From NCBI GenBank assembly GCA_965202625.1, contig CBDBBI010000010.1, positions 2,336,001 through 2,400,000 of the forward strand: a stretch of 64,000 bases of DNA, given 5' to 3'. A program made the translations under genes and the position numbers. The notes beneath the pieces are model-generated. The model saw only the letters and a list, made by a program, of their open reading frames with translations, searched no databases and was not told where the DNA came from. Source of the DNA: a bacterium. Lineage in GTDB: Bacteria > UBA8248. This document shows, one piece after another, positions 60,420-64,000 of this stretch (the first letter of the stretch is position 1; every line of letters starts with the position of its first letter).

Positions 60420-61620
60420 ACGTGGTTTTCTGTTGTCTGTTTTTCGCACCGGACGCTATTGCGGATACCGCACTCGCTATCGCATCCATCTCTTTTTCTG
60501 TGTTCAGGTAGTGAATGGAAACCCGAATGGCGGGAGGCTCCGTCGCTACCGCCCTGAGAATGATCCTGTTTTGCTCGCCGAGCGCATCCACCGCGCCTTG
60601 CGATTCCACCCCCTGGATCCGAAAAGAGACCAGCCCCGACTGCGCCTCTCCCGGCGGCGTGATGACGACGACGTTCCGCATCGCGCGTATCTGGCTCAGC
60701 AGGCGATTCGCCAGCCCCAGTATCCTCTTTTCGATGGATGCTGGCCCCGTTTTTCTGAAGTGGTCAATCGCGACCCGCAATCCCAGAAAAGCAGGCGTAT
60801 GGAGAGTGCCGATCTCATAACGCACAGCGTCCGGTTGCGGAGTAAAAGACAAGGTTTCCAATCTCTTTTTTTGGGCGGAGCGATAACCTGCGGATGCGAG
60901 ATGAATATCCTTTCCTGCGCCGCACCGGACATATACGGCGCCCGTCCCCGACGGTCCCATCAGCCATTTCTGGCCGGATATGGTATAGACGTCCGCCCCT
61001 GTTTCTTCGATTTTGACGGGTATGTGCCCAACGGACTGCGCCCCGTCCACGACGAGGAGCGCATCGGAGCGCGCGCATATCTCGCTGATCGCTTTCAGGG
61101 GGAGCTTCCTGCCCGTCAGCCATGAGACGTGGCTCACGCAAACCGCTCTGGTCTTTTGCGAGACGGCGTTTTCCAGGTTTTGCAGAAGCGCGCGATCATC
61201 CTCGCCGGTTCTCGATATTTTTACCTTGACCCCGCTCCTGCCGCGCCATACCAGCCAGGGCAGATAGCCCCCTGGATGCTCCAGGTCGGTGAGAACGACC
61301 TCATCTTCCGGGCGCCATTCGATGCCCGCCGCCGCGATGTTGACGCCCGCCGTCGTGTTGTTCACGAGAGCGATTTCCGCAGGGCGCGCTCCGAGGAGTT
61401 TCGCGCAGCTCTCCCGAGCGCTCTCCAGAGCCGCTCTGGCTTCATCTCTGGCTTTCGGATGAAACGGGCCGAGCACCAGCTCGCGCCTCAAAAACTTTTC
61501 CATCTCTCCGAAAGTCGATTCTGAGGACGCGCCGCCGCCGCCCCAGTTGACGTAGATCTGGTTTTGGAGTGCCGGAACGTCCGCGCGCAGCCGTCTGATT
61601 TCATGGGGGTCGAGAGCCAT
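60418..61620 (-). CDS. Class V PLP-dependent enzyme (cystine C-S lyase / cysteine desulfurase-like)
   Basis: YVNWGG, NTT.G.N, EHP, VDGAQSVG, SGQKWLMGP.G.G (PLP Lys), IRVS.HYLNT. Confidence 0.85.
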   Translation of the reverse strand: MALDPHEIRRLRADVPALQNQIYVNWGGGGASSESTFGEMEKFLRRELVLGPFHPKARDEARAALESARESCAKLLGARPAEIALVNNTTAGVNIAAAGIEWRPEDEVVLTDLEHPGGYLPWLVWRGRSGVKVKISRTGEDDRALLQNLENAVSQKTRAVCVSHVSWLTGRKLPLKAISEICARSDALLVVDGAQSVGHIPVKIEETGADVYTISGQKWLMGPSGTGAVYVRCGAGKDIHLASAGYRSAQKKRLETLSFTPQPDAVRYEIGTLHTPAFLGLRVAIDHFRKTGPASIEKRILGLANRLLSQIRAMRNVVVITPPGEAQSGLVSFRIQGVESQGAVDALGEQNRIILRAVATEPPAIRVSIHYLNTEKEMDAIASAVSAIASGAKNRQQKTT

Positions 61621-61643
61621 TTTCAGTTCCTTCCTGAAAAGCG

Positions 61644-63554
<1,911 letters not shown>

Positions 63555-63602
63555 GGGAGTACCTGGTCTGGGCGATGAAGGGGTGCGGCTTTGCGGCGGG
63601 TG

Positions 63603-64000
63603 TTAGTCATGGCGAGCGATGAACTCCAGAATGGCCTGGTTGAACTCGGCAGATTTTTCGAGATAGACGAAATGGCCGCCCGCCTCAAAAACTTTCAGTT
63701 CCGCCCCGGGTATGGCGTCGCGCAACTGTTGGGAGTAATAGAGCGGGGTGACGACGTCGTCTCTCGCAACGGCCACCAGCACCGGGTGCGTGATTTGCCC
63801 CAGGCGCGCCAGTTGATCGTGGGCGATGATGCAGTCGATTCTCTCCGCCATGATCTCGGCCGGAGGCGCGTTGCGGATCGCCTCGTTCTCCTGCTCTTCT
63901 ATCGCTTGGGCGTTGTCGGCGAAAAATTCGGGGCTATGCAGGGTGAACGTGGAGAATCTCGTGTAGGTTTCCCATCCCATCTCCAGCAGGACTTTTTTGC
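63603..64000 (-). CDS. Alpha/beta hydrolase, C-terminal part (5' end outside window)
   Basis: I..PVLV....DD..TP, IPGAEL..F..GGH......AEFN..I..F. Confidence 0.8.
   Translation of the reverse strand, partial: KKVLLEMGWETYTRFSTFTLHSPEFFADNAQAIEEQENEAIRNAPPAEIMAERIDCIIAHDQLARLGQITHPVLVAVARDDVVTPLYYSQQLRDAIPGAELKVFEAGGHFVYLEKSAEFNQAILEFIARHD

Overview
GC-rich (visually about 60-65%) bacterial chromosomal window, probably from a diderm (MlaA-like protein, autotransporter-like protease). It is dominated by solute transporters (two TTT/Tct sets, a TRAP-TAXI pair, a NitT/TauT ABC system, AapJQMP, an orphan OppF) and orphan catabolic enzymes. Three defence loci are present: (i) a lower-GC GHKL/MORC-like ATPase-nuclease + C5 DNA methyltransferase + Vsr operon flanked by gene scars; (ii) a GmrSD-like (DUF262 + HNH) gene immediately after tRNA-Pro; (iii) a complete type II-C CRISPR-Cas locus with a predicted tracrRNA, a compact 1003-aa Cas9, cas1, cas2 and about 78 identical 36-bp repeats. 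The ORF track splits a probable selenoprotein: an AhpD/CMD-family gene with an in-frame UGA in a CxxU motif and a SECIS-like hairpin, with selB present in the same window. The right end carries a heme/copper/iron cluster (SCO, ChdC/HemQ, a P19-like domain fused to a c-type cytochrome helix bundle, a cupredoxin-like protein) and a selB operon with a Cys-less class V PLP enzyme. All calls come from reading motifs by eye; no database searches were run.
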